DNA of 61,968 nt, filler included, from Chiloscyllium plagiosum (taxonomy: Eukaryota): the NCBI RefSeq assembly GCF_004010195.1. It is 5 parts of one record of this genome, joined end to end, with 100 filler letters (N's around TTAATTAATTAA, not from the genome) between each part and the next. Parts side by side here need not be neighbours in the genome. Positions count along the whole stretch, not along the records: positions 37,430 to 47,494 come from NC_057711.1; positions 47,595 to 55,440 come from NC_057711.1; 3 more parts are not named here. One strand, written 5' to 3'. Numbering within the stretch: the stretch's first letter is position 1; the number at the start of each line of letters is the position of its first letter. The position numbers were made by a program, and so were the translations under genes. Under the pieces are notes generated by a model. It worked only from the letters and a program-made list of their open reading frames with translations. It was not told where the DNA came from and did no database searches. Below, in pieces: positions 37,430 to 49,961 of this stretch.

Positions 37430-38420
37430 ATCTGCTGATCAGGTGTTTCAGTTTCTGTTGTAGTTCTTTGGCCAGTTTGTATGATGGTGTCCCTGGTAGT
37501 GATACTCTGGGTCTGAGTGGGATGTCTGGTTTGTGTACTTTAGGTAATCCATAGAATCTGGGGGTGTTGTTGCTTTCCGGTTTCATTCTTTGTAGGTCAG
37601 CTCTGGTTATCTGTCCGTTTTTTTTTTGTAGATTCCTTAGTGTGTTATTTATCCTATTGGTGAGTTGTGGTGTGGGGTCAAACTCCATCTTTTGGTAGGT
37701 GTTGGTATCTTCAAGTAGTTGTTGTGCTTTTTGGATGTAATCAGATTTTTCTAGGATGACCGTCATTCTGCCTTTATCTGCTGGTAGTATGATTATGTTC
37801 TTATCGTTTCTTAGTGATTTCAGTGCTTCCCTCTCCTTGGTGTTGAGGTTATGTGTTTGTCTTTTCCTTATTATCATAGGTACGACAGTTTGTCTCACTG
37901 TTTGTTGTGTCTCTTCTGTCAGTCCATTGTTCCTGAGTGTACATTCTAGTGCTGCTAGGAAGTCTGCTGTCTTGGCGTTCCTGTGGTTGTCGTTGAGTCC
38001 CTTGGCCAGTATTGTTCTTTCCGTGTCTGTGAGCTGTCTGTGGGAGAGGTTTTTAACCCAGGTGTGTGTTGTAGTGTCCTCCTTGTTGTGTGTTAGTTTG
38101 GCCATTTTTTCTTTTAGTGCCGTTTTTTTGCGGTGTGTTGTCTTGTTCTGTCCTATGGTGACAGCCTGTTCTATGGTCCGGGTCCATTCACGACCCAATA
38201 TACCAACCACTATAGCGGACAGCTGAAACTGACAACCGGAAGCGGCAGGGACAGACCACTATAAACACCGGAGGAAACATCAAAGAAGCGCTTCGCAGGA
38301 GGCTCCCAAGCACTGATGATGTCGCCTAGCCAGGGGACGAAACGTTTGCAACAAAACTTCCAGCTCGGCGAACAGAACCACAACAACGAGCACCCGAGCT
38401 ACAAATCTTCGCACAAACTT
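37430..38420 (-). mobile_element. Young Penelope-like element (open RT N-terminus) with an inverted terminal repeat
   Basis: Open frame WVKNLS...LAKGLN...IIILPADKGRMTV...PRFYGLPKVHKPDIPLRP.VS.PGTPSYKLAK. The terminal repeat lies on plus at about 38180-38420. Confidence 0.88.
38310..38349 (+). ncRNA. Minimal hammerhead ribozyme motif with an extended stem II
   Basis: GCA-CUGAUGA-UGUC(GCCUAGCCAGGG)GAC-GAAAC-GUU-UGC. Stem I pairs GCA with UGC. Confidence 0.65.
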
Positions 38421-38423
38421 TAA

Positions 38424-39600
38424 ATTTGATAAGGTGCCGCACAAAAGTTGAATTCACAAGGTTGGATCAAATGGGGTTGGGGCAATTTATTAACTTAGTT
38501 AAGTGACTGGCTTTTGGACATAAGACAGAGAGTCAGGATAGTTTTTTTTTTCTGGATGGCAAGAAGTAACTAGTGCAGTGCCATGGGGTTTGATCCTTGG
38601 ACCCCAGCTATTTACAAGCTTTATTAACGACTTGGATACAGGGATAGAAGGCTCTATAGCCAAATTGTGAATGACACAAAAATTAGTGGAACAGTAAACT
38701 GCAATGAGGAACTAAGAACCTTACAAATAGATATAGATAGGTTAAGGAGAGTGGGCCAAAATATGGCATTTGGAGTTTAACATGGATAAGTGTGAGGTCT
38801 TGCATTTTGGTCAAAAAAAGGGATGGCGACATATTATCTAAATGGGGAGAGACTTCATGTTGCTCCAGTGCAGAAGGATCTGGGTGTCCTTGTTCATGAG
38901 TCATAGAAAACTAGCGGGAGCATAGAAACTAGCAGGAGCATAGAAAACTAGCATGCATGTACAGCAAATAATAAAGAAAGTGAATGGAATGTTGGCTTTT
39001 ATAGGTAAAGGATTAGAATATCAATGTAAGGAAGCATTGTTGCAACTATACAAGGCATCGTGAGACATCAGCTGAGAATTGTGCACAAATCTGGTCCCAT
39101 TTTTTGAGGAAAGATATTATGGCAATAGATGCAGTTCAGAGGAGGTTCACCAGATTGATCCAGAGATGACGGGTTTGTCGTATAAAGAGAAATTTAACAG
39201 TTTAAGCCTATACTGTCTGGAATTTGGAGGGATGAGGGGAGATCAAATTGATGTTTTCAAGATGATTAAAGGTTTGGATGAAATCGATGTGGAATGGATG
39301 CTTTCTGTTGTGGAGCATTCTCGGACAAGAGATTGTAGTTTTAGGATAAGGGGTCGCACATTTAAAACAGAGTTGAGGAGAAACTACTTCTCCCAAAGGG
39401 TTGTGAATCTGTGGAATTTGTTACTCTAAAGTGCAGTGGGTGCTGGGACAGTGAGTAAATTTGAAGAGTTAGATAGATTCTTCATTGATAATAGTTTGAA
39501 GGGTTATGTGGAGAAGGCAGGAAAATGGGGGTGAGGAGCCTATCATCCATAATCAAGTAGCAGAGCAGATTCAGGGGGCCAAATGGCCTAATTCTGTCCC
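38424..39600 (+). mobile_element. CR1 LINE RT and 3' fragment
   Basis: Encodes FDKVPH, LGPQLF..FINDLD, MRGDQIDVFKMIKG and NYFSQRVVNLWN. Confidence 0.85.
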
Positions 39601-40747
39601 TCTGCCTTATCAACTTATAAACTAGATGATGATCATAGTCCATCTTCAGCTTGAAGGATAAATAAGAGGTGGAGCTAAGGTTGAGCTTGGTTACTTTAGT
39701 AGTGCATGTCACAGCCTCAGAACTTGCTGTACCTCAATAAACTTCCTATTGCCTGTGCTCAAGCTGTTCCTTGATATGCTTCCTTGTTTTGGTTCTCTGA
39801 ATGCTTTATAATATTAAACACCCAAATCAAATCATAGCCACCCTGTGATGATGAACATAGTCCAAGTTGTTCAGATCTTTTTTCATACTTGCTGAGTATG
39901 TTTTACTAAGTACAAATAAAATACCTTTATTTTCCTATCATATAGTTGTTTTTTTTATCAACCATGCTGCCACTAAACTTTGATGTTTGCCCATGGACTC
40001 AGCTTTTGTGATCAGACTTGGCATAATTTATCTCGCTTTAAGAAAGGCTATGTCATAATTGTTGTACTATCATCAGGTTCAGCAATTTTGGATGCATTGG
40101 AACTTTATGACAATGTTTCAATTTACTTATTGAGTGATTCTTCACACAGAGGAAAGCTTTAGTGGTTAAGTAACAAGTAAACCCATTTAACATGTTATTT
40201 GATAATGCTTTTGATTTCATGAAAGGAGGTACATAAATTGAAGTTATTGTTGGGCTGATAAAAGAGAAGCACCAGAATTACATTTTGAAAATTCTGCAAT
40301 GTTGAATATTGCCAACAGGATCAAATCATGACAAATAACACTGTCGTATTTCCAGCTACTATTGTCTTGATTATGTTAAATTTGCTTCATAAATGTGCCT
40401 GGATCGGATAGTTTTGAATCTCAACTTTAGAATTTGTGCATGAATGTTAGTGATAACACATGAATTCATTGGGAAATATGTTTCAATACTGTGAATAAAT
40501 GAAACTATTTTAAAAAGTTGTTATAAGAATCAAGAGTTGAAACTTTACAGTTGCAATTGGTTTAATTTGTTTTAAGGGATTCAGAATCACTAACACAAGC
40601 TTGTCACATAGACCATACTAGAAATTACATGTATGTTACGATTCCTTTATACCACATTTGTGAGATTTTAATAGATTACATGGTTTGAAATCTCACTGAA
40701 ATAGAGTTCATGTGTATGAATATTCTATAAATAGAGATGTACAGTTT

Positions 40748-41094
40748 TCAGCAGAGTATGCTGATATCTTTTTTGGTGCAGCCGTAAGTGCAGCATTTGC
40801 TTGACATTCCTGTTGATGCTTCCCTTTTCTTCCTGATGGATCTGGCCCAGGGTAGATGCTGCACCAGTGTTGATGCAAAAGCGTGGTCTTTATTGCTGCC
40901 TCCATCAATCTGGCGAATGTACTCACTGAAATCCCCTGGTGCCTGATCATACTGGTTGTTGTACTCGTCAAACACTTGATCAGCATAAGATGGCTCGGTT
41001 TCCTGGTTTCTGTCACTGCCAAAGATTCTTTGAAGATTTCTCATGCTGTCCATCTCCTTGGAGTAATCTTTATCAGCTGAGATCTGGAAAGGAT
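40748..41094 (-). CDS. RLN: Relaxin-family preprohormone, coding exon 2 (C-peptide, RKKR site, A chain)
   Basis: Acceptor TTATTTTTGTTCTAG|AT is phase-compatible with exon 1 (G+AT = Asp). Reads DPFQISADK...RSIRKKR-EASTGMSSKCCTYGCTKKDISILC-stop, with the insulin-superfamily CCxxxCx8C motif. Spliced CDS is 531 nt, 176 aa. Confidence 0.96.
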
Positions 41095-42827
41095 CTAGAA
41101 CAAAAATAATATGTTTAATAACATATGTATTTGTATCATATGTGGCTAATTCCTGCTCTCTTTTGTTTGAGAGAAATGTTCTCGTCCCTGGGCTCACAAA
41201 AGCATTCTACTTTAATGTGTATTTTGACTTCAAACATAGTTTGTTAAATATATATTGGTCATATGGTCAGAGAAATAATTAATAATGGTCCCAAATTTGA
41301 TAATCACTACTTGACCTACATTGCAAAGAAAGTTAAAGAAATTATAATTAAACCTCGAGTGAATAAATGTCCAATCTGAAGAGGAGTCTGCATAAGAGAT
41401 GTTACTGATTCTAACATGTTGAGGTAAACATTGTTGGTTGGTAGTAGGTAAATATTTTCTAGAACTTGAAATATAGTCTTTTTTTCTCCTTCCTCCTCTA
41501 GTGCCACTCCCACTCCTCCCAATGGGAAGTTCATATTTGTAGTTTTGATTTGAAAGTTTCTATTCCCTGCTTAATGGTTGACAATTCTGCTCTTTTATTA
41601 CATAAGTCACTGATTAACTGTATCTGGTAGCTAGCTACCTGTTGAATGGGAGTCAGTCATGACTCCTGGCATTCAGGCTACATCAGAGCTTCCTTCCTTC
41701 CAATAGTGTCTCCAATCCAATTTGTTGTCTTTTCTCAGCCAAACACTTCAAATATCTCTCACCATCCTTTTCTATCCCCAATTCTAGCATCCTTTTCTGG
41801 AAAGAAGTTAAGCAGAAAATAACTTATACAAACTGATGACATCTCAGTATTAGTTGATGGAAGTGGACTACTGATAATTACCGATTGTAAATTAACTATA
41901 TTGTATACTATGGGCCAAGGGTTGCATGGTCATCATCACCTTCCAAGTTCAGGAGCAATATTCTCTTCGCTACCTTCCTCCTGCATACAGTCAGCTAGTC
42001 TTCCACCAGCTGACCAATTAGAGCTGCTCTCTTGGTCTTTCCCATTCCTGCTCCCAGTGCCTCATGCAGAATGCTCATAGAATAAGGTTCTAGTGGAAAT
42101 ATGTACCATTTTAAATTGAAATCTCAATATCAATGGCTTTCCTCCTAAATTTTGTCCCGGTTAGGAATACGGTCATCATAGTTCAGGCTTTACTGAAAGA
42201 TCCCACTGTCAATTTAAAGCACTAACAACTTTCATTAAAATGTGATCAGGATATTTGGTGATTGATTTGCCCAGGAAAACTCATACATTTCTCACAACGC
42301 TGTGATTTCAAATAAACGGTAAGTGCCGCCTGACAGCTGCACTAGTCCTTCCCTCCCAGAAAGTTATTGCCAATGCTGAAATAAGGACTGAGAATGAGTG
42401 TCAGGCAGCACTTGGAAAAGAGCAGCCCTTTGCTATCAATTGTGCTGACAACGGTCCTCACATTGACCTGCTTTTCAGAACTTATCTAGTACGGTAAATG
42501 TTTCTACCCAAGCTCAAAACAGACTGGACGGTGATTTCTACTGGCATGTTCAGAACCGATGCACTTTCTGCATAAGAATCTATAAGAGGGGCAAGCTCTC
42601 GCAAGTAAAGTTGGAATCAACATTTTATCATTTCCACTCAAGGTGACATTTTGGAGAATGGCATTTCATAAATGACTATTTCAGTTTTGATAGTATACAC
42701 GTACCACTTAGATTCCCGACTTTAGCAGAGCCTCCGCAAATACCTCCCAAATGCAATATTGTTTAAAACGCTCAGCTTTTTAGATAAGGACGCAGCAATT
42801 AAGATTTGTTTTTCATTGAATGCTCAC

Positions 42828-43011
42828 CGTCCTGGTTATCGAGAAGCCTCTTCCAGCGGGAACCCCCACAGGTATAAATGACCGCTCGGATGAACTCGCG
42901 GCCGCACAGCTTGATTCCCGATTCCCCACTTCTCAAAGACTGGGACAGGACAGAAACGGGAAAGGAGGTCAGCAACAGGTTGATGATCAGAACACACACC
43001 AGGCACTTCAT
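42828..43011 (-). CDS. RLN: Relaxin-family preprohormone, coding exon 1 (signal peptide, B chain, start of C-peptide)
   Basis: Translates MKCLVCVLIINLLLTSFPVSVLS-QSLRSGESGIKLCGREFIRAVIYTCGGSRW-KR-LLDNQD. Has a hydrophobic signal peptide, the B-chain LCGRxxxRxxIxxCG motif and a dibasic KR site, and ends at a phase-1 G|GTGAGC donor. RLN versus RLN3 orthology cannot be settled from sequence alone. Confidence 0.96.
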
Positions 43012-43165
43012 CTCAGCTCACAAGTGTTGAGCCTGGGCTTCTCAGGAATGGTAGCTCTGGGCTGTGTTTCTCTCGCTGATAACCGGACTGTTGGGAGAAA
43101 GATGTCAATATTGGAGTGACTCTCTCCCTCTTGTCGCTACCTTCTACACATCTGGTCGGCTGCCC

Positions 43166-43275
43166 TTTATATAGCTGTTTTTCCTCCTTCCCTCTGACTC
43201 ACCGCCGTTTTTTTTTGAAGCATTTATCCCTCCCTCTCTCCCTCTGACGACTTCGGGATGTTCATGCAAGATTGG
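43166..43275 (-). promoter_or_regulatory. Relaxin proximal promoter (TATA, AP-1, half-CRE, CCAAT)
   Basis: TATATAAA on minus at 43173-43166, about 155 nt upstream of the ATG. TGACTCA at 43195-43201, TGACG at 43245-43249, and CCAAT on minus at 43275-43271. Confidence 0.65.
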
Positions 43276-45339
43276 CAGATACACTCCCTTTGGCTCACTG
43301 TCACATTTAGAATTGAGGGACTGATCGGAAACTGCATCGATCAGCAATGCCTTTATCTTCTCCTGTCCCTCAAACACTTGGTTATCCTTCGAACCCGCCT
43401 TTTAATTTTCCAGTTTTCCTAATAGTTTAACCTTTCAATTCATCTCACTTTCTCTTGTTTTCCCAGTTTTATCGACTATGCAGCTCTTGTCTTCTTGCGG
43501 CTTTCATCTTTTATTTCATGTACACCTTCCGCCATCTCTCGAATTAAACTTCCTTTTATCCCAATCCTGTCTCCTCCTTGCTCTCTCGTTTATTAATATC
43601 GCTCTTTAACTTGTTTTTCAGAAATTACTCTAGTGCTTCCACTATTTCTACATAAACCTACACCTCATCCTCCATCCTGAATGTGAATTTGTCAAAGTCA
43701 CACATTTGAACTTCCCCATATGGAGTTCATAATGTTGATGCTCTTCTGCTTGCTATGTTTTTAACGCGTGAGCGTTGGTAGCTGTTGATGATGACAATGT
43801 TTGATCCATTTATTGATATTGTTATTTATCCTTCTTAATGTTATTTGACATGTCAGCTCACATCATAAGAGGAATAATAAAAGCGTGATTTGGAACCTGT
43901 TCTACCATTGTCACGACATGGTTTCAGCTCACTGCTGGCACAGTACCAATCTAACCCTAGTGCACACCTCCTAGTAACCCTGTACCTAATCCCTGTTCAA
44001 ATATGCAGCACCTTTTCCTCATAAATGATCATGGTTTCCATCCTATCTCCTTGCACTCAGTGACCATTTTAAATTTTTGTGTCTATTACTGGTTCCCCTA
44101 TCAAGTAAATGCTCACTTTTGTTTAACACAGAAGTTTGGTAAATCTTGCACTTTTTTACTCCATTAATCAAAAACTGCTCATAGTTGTCTGTATTCTTAT
44201 TGTAGAAAATCTACATTGTGTATTCCTTGTGATCTTATCCTCCTTTTTGTAAGAGTCTTTAAAAAAACTCTACATTGTATTCTGCAGTGTATAAACATTG
44301 CTTGCATATATTTATTGTTAATTATACATTTATTTTTCTAGTTAATATTTCTATTAATAAACTCCAATGTATTGCTGAAAAGTACATTTTAAGTTTTCTG
44401 TCTTGCTGTCATTATGACAATTGCAAGAAATACAGACATAAAAGAAAAACAATATTTATTCTGTGTAAATGCTGATGGATTGACAAGTGAAGTAAGACCA
44501 GTTGAATCATTACCCAGTTGTATGCACTAATTAATGATGACTGACAAATAAATGCCAAGCTTTGTTTAAATTTTAGACCAGGAAGGTTGTCTCTGATGAT
44601 CACGACTTTGCCCCGAGGAACGGATTTGTGTACATGTTCTACATGTTTACAAATACCAGGATCTTGTGTAATGATATATTTACTATCCAGTGTACACATA
44701 TTTGCCATTCTGTATCTGACTTAAAATTATAATTTGGTGGTCAGGTTAATTCTTCATACACTCAGGATTATTTAACAAATGTTGTCAAACCATTAATCAC
44801 ATCTAGTTTTAAATGCTGTGCTGTGTGCTTTGCAAGTGTGGGCTAATTGAGTATGGTCAGTACCTTCCTTGTTGTATACAGCTGAAGGTATATCCTGTTT
44901 AATATGTTCCATCAGTCTTTAGGTTTCCTAGCCTATATAACTGGCATTGCTCTCTTGTTGAAATCCATTTGATGTATCTCATTTGTGTGACAGAAAGAAC
45001 CATGTATTGGCTTGGTCACAGTATCAATTTCATGGAGAACACTGTGCCTGTTGCTGTATAGTAGATTTGTGGCAGACAGAAGTAAAGAACTCCCTCTCTC
45101 ACCACCAGATGATTTCTCCAGTAGGATATCTGGGAAGGGAAATTATTTGATTGTTCCACTACAAAGGTGAACTGGCAATCTTCATTAACTGGGGTATTCT
45201 CCATGGTAATGCCTATCCCAATCAGAATTGGTTTGCCAACCATTCTCCAGTTTTCTCTCATAGTACACTTCAGTTTGTAGTTATCATAACATGATGGAAT
45301 TTGATATAAAGCATGATTGTGAGAAATTTGAGTCAGAAA

Positions 45340-47125
45340 CAAAACTAGGTTTAACTAAAATGAAGGGAACCACAATGAAATGAAAAGTTAGTTAGATAAA
45401 ATGGAATGAACAGATAGATTAGCAGGAAAGACAGTAAGCAAGTAATGGCAGGCATTTAAGGACATAGTTCATGACTCTCAACAAACATACATCCCAGAAA
45501 AGAGGAAAAATTCTAACAGAGATATAAACCAATCCAGGAAGTTATCAAAGGAAGTTAAGGAGAGTATAACGTTGTAAGAAAAATATATAAGGAGAAAATC
45601 CCAAGGCTGGAATCAATTCAGAATCCAGCAAAAGGGCACTAAAAAGATAATAAGCAAAGGGAAAATAAACAACAAGGGCAAACTAGCAAAGAATATAAAA
45701 ACTGACAATAAGAGCTTCTTTAAATATATAAAAAGGAAGAGCGAATGAATGCAGTATCTTCAGAAGATTAACCTGGGGTGATGGTTATGGGGAACAAGGA
45801 ATTGGTAGAGGAATTATACTATCAGTCTTTAAGGTGGAAGCTACTTTGAACATGCCTAACAACAGTGGGGAATTAAGTGCCATTACCACCACTAGACAAG
45901 CAGTTTTAGAGAAACCAATGGGGCTAATGGCAGATAAGTTATACAGGTGTATAGCATGGAAACAGATCCTTTGGTCCAACTCGTCCATGCCGCCCAAATA
46001 TCCTAACCTAATCCAGTCCCATCTGCTAGCACTTGACCCATATCCTTTTGAGACTGCCTCCAGTCTGAAAAACAACCCTCCACCACCACCTACATTCTAC
46101 ACTCTAGCCAGTTCTGTATTCAATACAGGCTAGTTCTCTCTGTATTCCATGAGATCTAAACTTGCTAACCTGACTCCCACGAGGAACCTTGTCGAACGCC
46201 TTACTGAAGTCCATATAGATTGTGTCTACTGCTCTGTCCTCATCAATCCTACTTGTTATTTCTTCAAAACATTCAATCAAGTTTGTGAGACATGACCTCC
46301 CATGCACAAAGCCATGTTGACTATCCCTAATCAGTCCTTGCCTTCTGAAATACATGTAAATCCTGTCCCTCAGAATTCCCTCCAACAACTTTCTGACCAC
46401 CAATGTTAGGCTCACTGGTCTATAGCTCCCTGGCTTTTGTCCCTGGCCCTGATAGCTTACATCCTAGAATCCTAAATGACGTATCTACAGAGATATATTA
46501 TTTATAATTTTATTTATAATACATTATTTATAATTTTCCAAATATTCTTGGATTTTGAAGAAGAACCAGGGGATTGGAAAACAGCAAATGTGACACCCAT
46601 ATTCAAAAAGAGGAGTGTGGCAAAAAGCAGGTTATCAAAGGCCAATTAGCCTAACATCTACTTTTGAAAAAATATTGAAATCAATTCTTGCAAATAATAG
46701 CAGCACATTTGGACAATCATGATCTAATCAATCAAAGTCAACATGACCTCATGAAAGTGAAATTTTGTTTAATTTATTAGCATTTTCGAGTAAGTCTCAA
46801 CTGGAATGGTTACAGGGGAACCAGTAGATGTGTTGCATTTGGACTTCCAAAAGGTGTTTGACAAGAAAAAGCAAAGTCATAGAGCCAATAGTGCTAGAGA
46901 TAGTATACTAGTGTGGATAGAGAATTAGCTATTGGGCAGGAAACAGTGAGTGGGATAAAGATTCTGTTTTGTGTTTGGAACCTATAACCAGTGAAATTTT
47001 GCAGGGATCAATGATGGGAATACATCTGTTTACTATACATTAGTGACTTGGAGGAAGGAAATGAATGCACTGTTGGCAAATTTGTAGATAACGCAAAACA
47101 GACAGGGGAAAGAAAAAATTTGTAG
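45340..47125 (+). mobile_element. Degraded CR1 with nested minus-strand CR1 pieces (45940-46440)
   Basis: KSFFKYIKRK and W..ANVTPIFKK remnants. The nested piece encodes SQHGFVHGRSCLTNLIECFEE...YMDFSKAFDKVP. Confidence 0.8.
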
Positions 47126-47126
47126 A

Positions 47127-47494
47127 GGGATAAGTTCCCGCCAGACGTAGTCGACGATGCCCTCCACCGCATCTCTTCCACTTCCCGCTCCTCCGCCCTT
47201 GAGCTCCGCCCCTCCAACCGCCACCAGGACAGAACCCCACTGGTCCTCACCTACCACCCCACCAACCTCCATGTAAGGGACACCACCCACGCCCTCCACC
47301 TCCTCCATGATTTTCGCTTCCCCGGTCCCCAACGCCTTATCTTCACCATGGACATTCAATCCCTTTACACCTCCATCCCCATCACGAAGGACTTAAAGCC
47401 CTCCGCTTCTTCCTTTCCCGCCGTACCAACCAGTACCCTTCTACTGACACCCTCCTTTGACTGACTGAACTGGTCCTCACCCTGAACAACTTCT
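47127..47494 (+). mobile_element. Penelope fragments in permuted order, cut by a spacer
   Basis: The post-RT segment FPPDVVDDALHRISS...TPLVLTYHPTNL precedes the RT segment ..IFTMDIQSLYTSIP..LTELVLTLNNF. Confidence 0.8.
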
Positions 47495-47594
47495 NNNNNN
47501 NNNNNNNNNNNNNNNNNNNNNNNNNNNNNNNNNNNNNNTTAATTAATTAANNNNNNNNNNNNNNNNNNNNNNNNNNNNNNNNNNNNNNNNNNNN

Positions 47595-48185
47595 TTATCC
47601 GTGCCTCTTGTGATTTTATAAACTTCTATGAGTTCGACCCTAGGTCTTATAAACTCCAATGAATAAAGGTACCAAACTATCCAGTTTCTCTTTATAAATC
47701 AAAAATCTCAGTCTCAGTAACATCGTCGTAAATCATTTTTGCATTTATTCGAGTTCAATAACAGGATGACCAGATTGTATGCAGTCATACAAATGTGGTC
47801 CTATTACAGTCTTGTACAACTTTGACATGAAGTCCTAAGTGAATTTCTCAATGCTTTGACTAAAAAAGGCAAGCATGCCCAATGCTTCCTTCGCTGCTCT
47901 TGCTACCTGTGACGCCACGTCAATTAATTATGTTCCAGCACCTATAAGTGTCCGTGTTCGACAGCACTCCCCAGGGCCCTAAAATTAATTGTGTAAGTCC
48001 TGCTGTACTTTGTCTTACCAAAGTGCAACACCTCGCAGTTATCTAAATTTAACTCCAGCTGCCATTCCTCGACCCACTGCGCCAGTTGTTCAAGTTCCCC
48101 TTGTATTCTGAGACAATCTTCTAAGCTGTCCATTATACCACTAACTTTGCTGTTGTTTGCAAACCTTCCAATCATGGTTCCTCTA
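47595..48185 (-). mobile_element. CR1 RT fragment
   Basis: Encodes IGRFANNSKV...QWVEEWQLELN.DNCEVLHFGK. Confidence 0.8.
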
Positions 48186-49872
48186 TAGCTCTCTCCCAGC
48201 ACGTTTTTAACATATTCTGCCTGACACAAATGCTCCAAATGTCTACTGATTGTGCTAAAATGCAATAAATCACTAAGTTGCAAAGATTCAAGCTTCCAAC
48301 TTCATTCAAATAGTATACAAATGTGTATGTCTCTCACACTGCCTGAAACTGCAAAGGAAGTGAAACACAATTTGCCGCTCATCTGCCCTCCAGAAATAGC
48401 CTCCAGTTCGCTGCTTCGAAATAGAGAAACCCACAAATATTCAGAGATGCTGTGAAATGTGCAGAGAATGATAAGTTTCACCTCGCACGACAGATTCTAA
48501 CGACCGCCTCAGCGTGATTTTCAACTTCCTTTGACCTTCATGTTAGCACGCATCTCTCTCTCCTCCCACCCTCTCTCCCCCTGTCTCTCTCTGTGTCTCT
48601 ATCTCTCTCTCACGCACAGGCGTTCTTTCTCACAAGCACATGCACGTTGTATATTTGCGATCAACAAGTTTTTTGGAGAGACGGTACAGAACAAAAGTCT
48701 TCAAGGTTCCAGTGATGCAGTCCCCATTTCTAAGCCAGGAGAACCCTGGGTTTCAGATCCCACAAAATCGCCAGGAAAGTGTCTTAGCTCTGTGAACAGG
48801 AGTTAGATCTGTTGTGTTATGTTCCAGAAACGATTAGATCCTTGGGGGGAGGGGGAGAGTTAGCGAGCGGGGGTGGCGGCGGAGTTGGATGGAGATATAT
48901 AAATGTTTTCTTTTATCTTAATTTGCTAATTTTGGGATGGGTCGTACATCCTTAAGACGTTCACAAATATTGGAGATCAGAGGATTTGATGCACAGCTCT
49001 CTAACATTTTGAGAACCACAAAACTATAATTGGATTGTGTGTATTATTCTTTCATAGGTAATAAAGGACTGTTGCCCGAAAGGTCGATCTTACTGCTCCT
49101 CGGTTGCTGCCTGAACTGCTGTGCTCTTCCAGCACCACTTATCCAGCATCTGGTTTCCAGCATCTGCAGTCATTGTTTTTACCCCTTTCATTATAATGCT
49201 GCCACAAGGACATTTTGCATTCAGGGACAGGCACCAATTTCAAGAATTGGCTCATGCTGCATCTTAGGGCTGTTTGCTCACTCTCTTAACACTCGCTCAC
49301 GTTTTGCCTACTTTGTTGTTCACAGCATCCCTTCTTTGCCTTACCTCAGTTGCCAAAGTCCCCACTCTGCAGTGCTACTACAGCCAAAGACACCTGTCAG
49401 CTGTGATGGACTGCTGAGTTTCAGGACTACAGGCTCACTTCTTATGTGACTCCAGAGTCATTTGTAAACTGTTAAACTTTGACATGTCATTCACACATCT
49501 TGGTAACATCCACTTGTTTACCAATTTGGGTGAGTGGCCTCCAGGGGTTTGCTGGCATTACATGATGATCCCTCTGCTTTCCAAGCAATGAGGCAAGGCC
49601 CTAAAATTTGGCACCACTAGCAGTGATTTATTTCCTTAGATTTAGCAACAGGTTTTTTTTTGGTTGAACTGTCCCTGTATGTGAAGATTTTGCATTGTTC
49701 ATAAATCAAAGTACAGAAGTCAGAACATAGTTCATGGCAGTGGACAATCTCTGAAATGTTTGTTTTCCATATCTTTACCAGATGTAGTGCTTCTATAAAC
49801 TACAAGATGTTGTATTATTATTGTTTGCAAAAATATATATTTGCATATAATAGAAAATATTTATTTTTCTAG

Positions 49873-49961
49873 ATGCTGTTATTCATGAAAACTTCAGACT
49901 GTTCCTAAGTTCCATGCCTACCAACACCTTTCCTGTTACAGTTTTGCAAAACTCCGTCAAG
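49873..49961 (+). CDS. DNAH6: Dynein axonemal heavy chain 6, internal exon (AAA6 region)
   Basis: TTTTTCTAG acceptor and AAG|GTAATA donor, 89 nt. Encodes (D)AVIHENFRLFLSSMPTNTFPVTVLQNSVK, matching the DNAH6-type FRLFLSSMP..TFPVTVLQNSVK motif. Confidence 0.92.

Noticed and set aside
38903..38952. Triple CATAGAAA(A)CTAGC repeat
   Set aside because: Local slippage duplication within a decayed CR1, with no sign of function.
41095..41197. N-terminal part of the 149-aa ORF 40748-41197
   Set aside because: Intronic read-through. The true exon starts at the acceptor at 41094.
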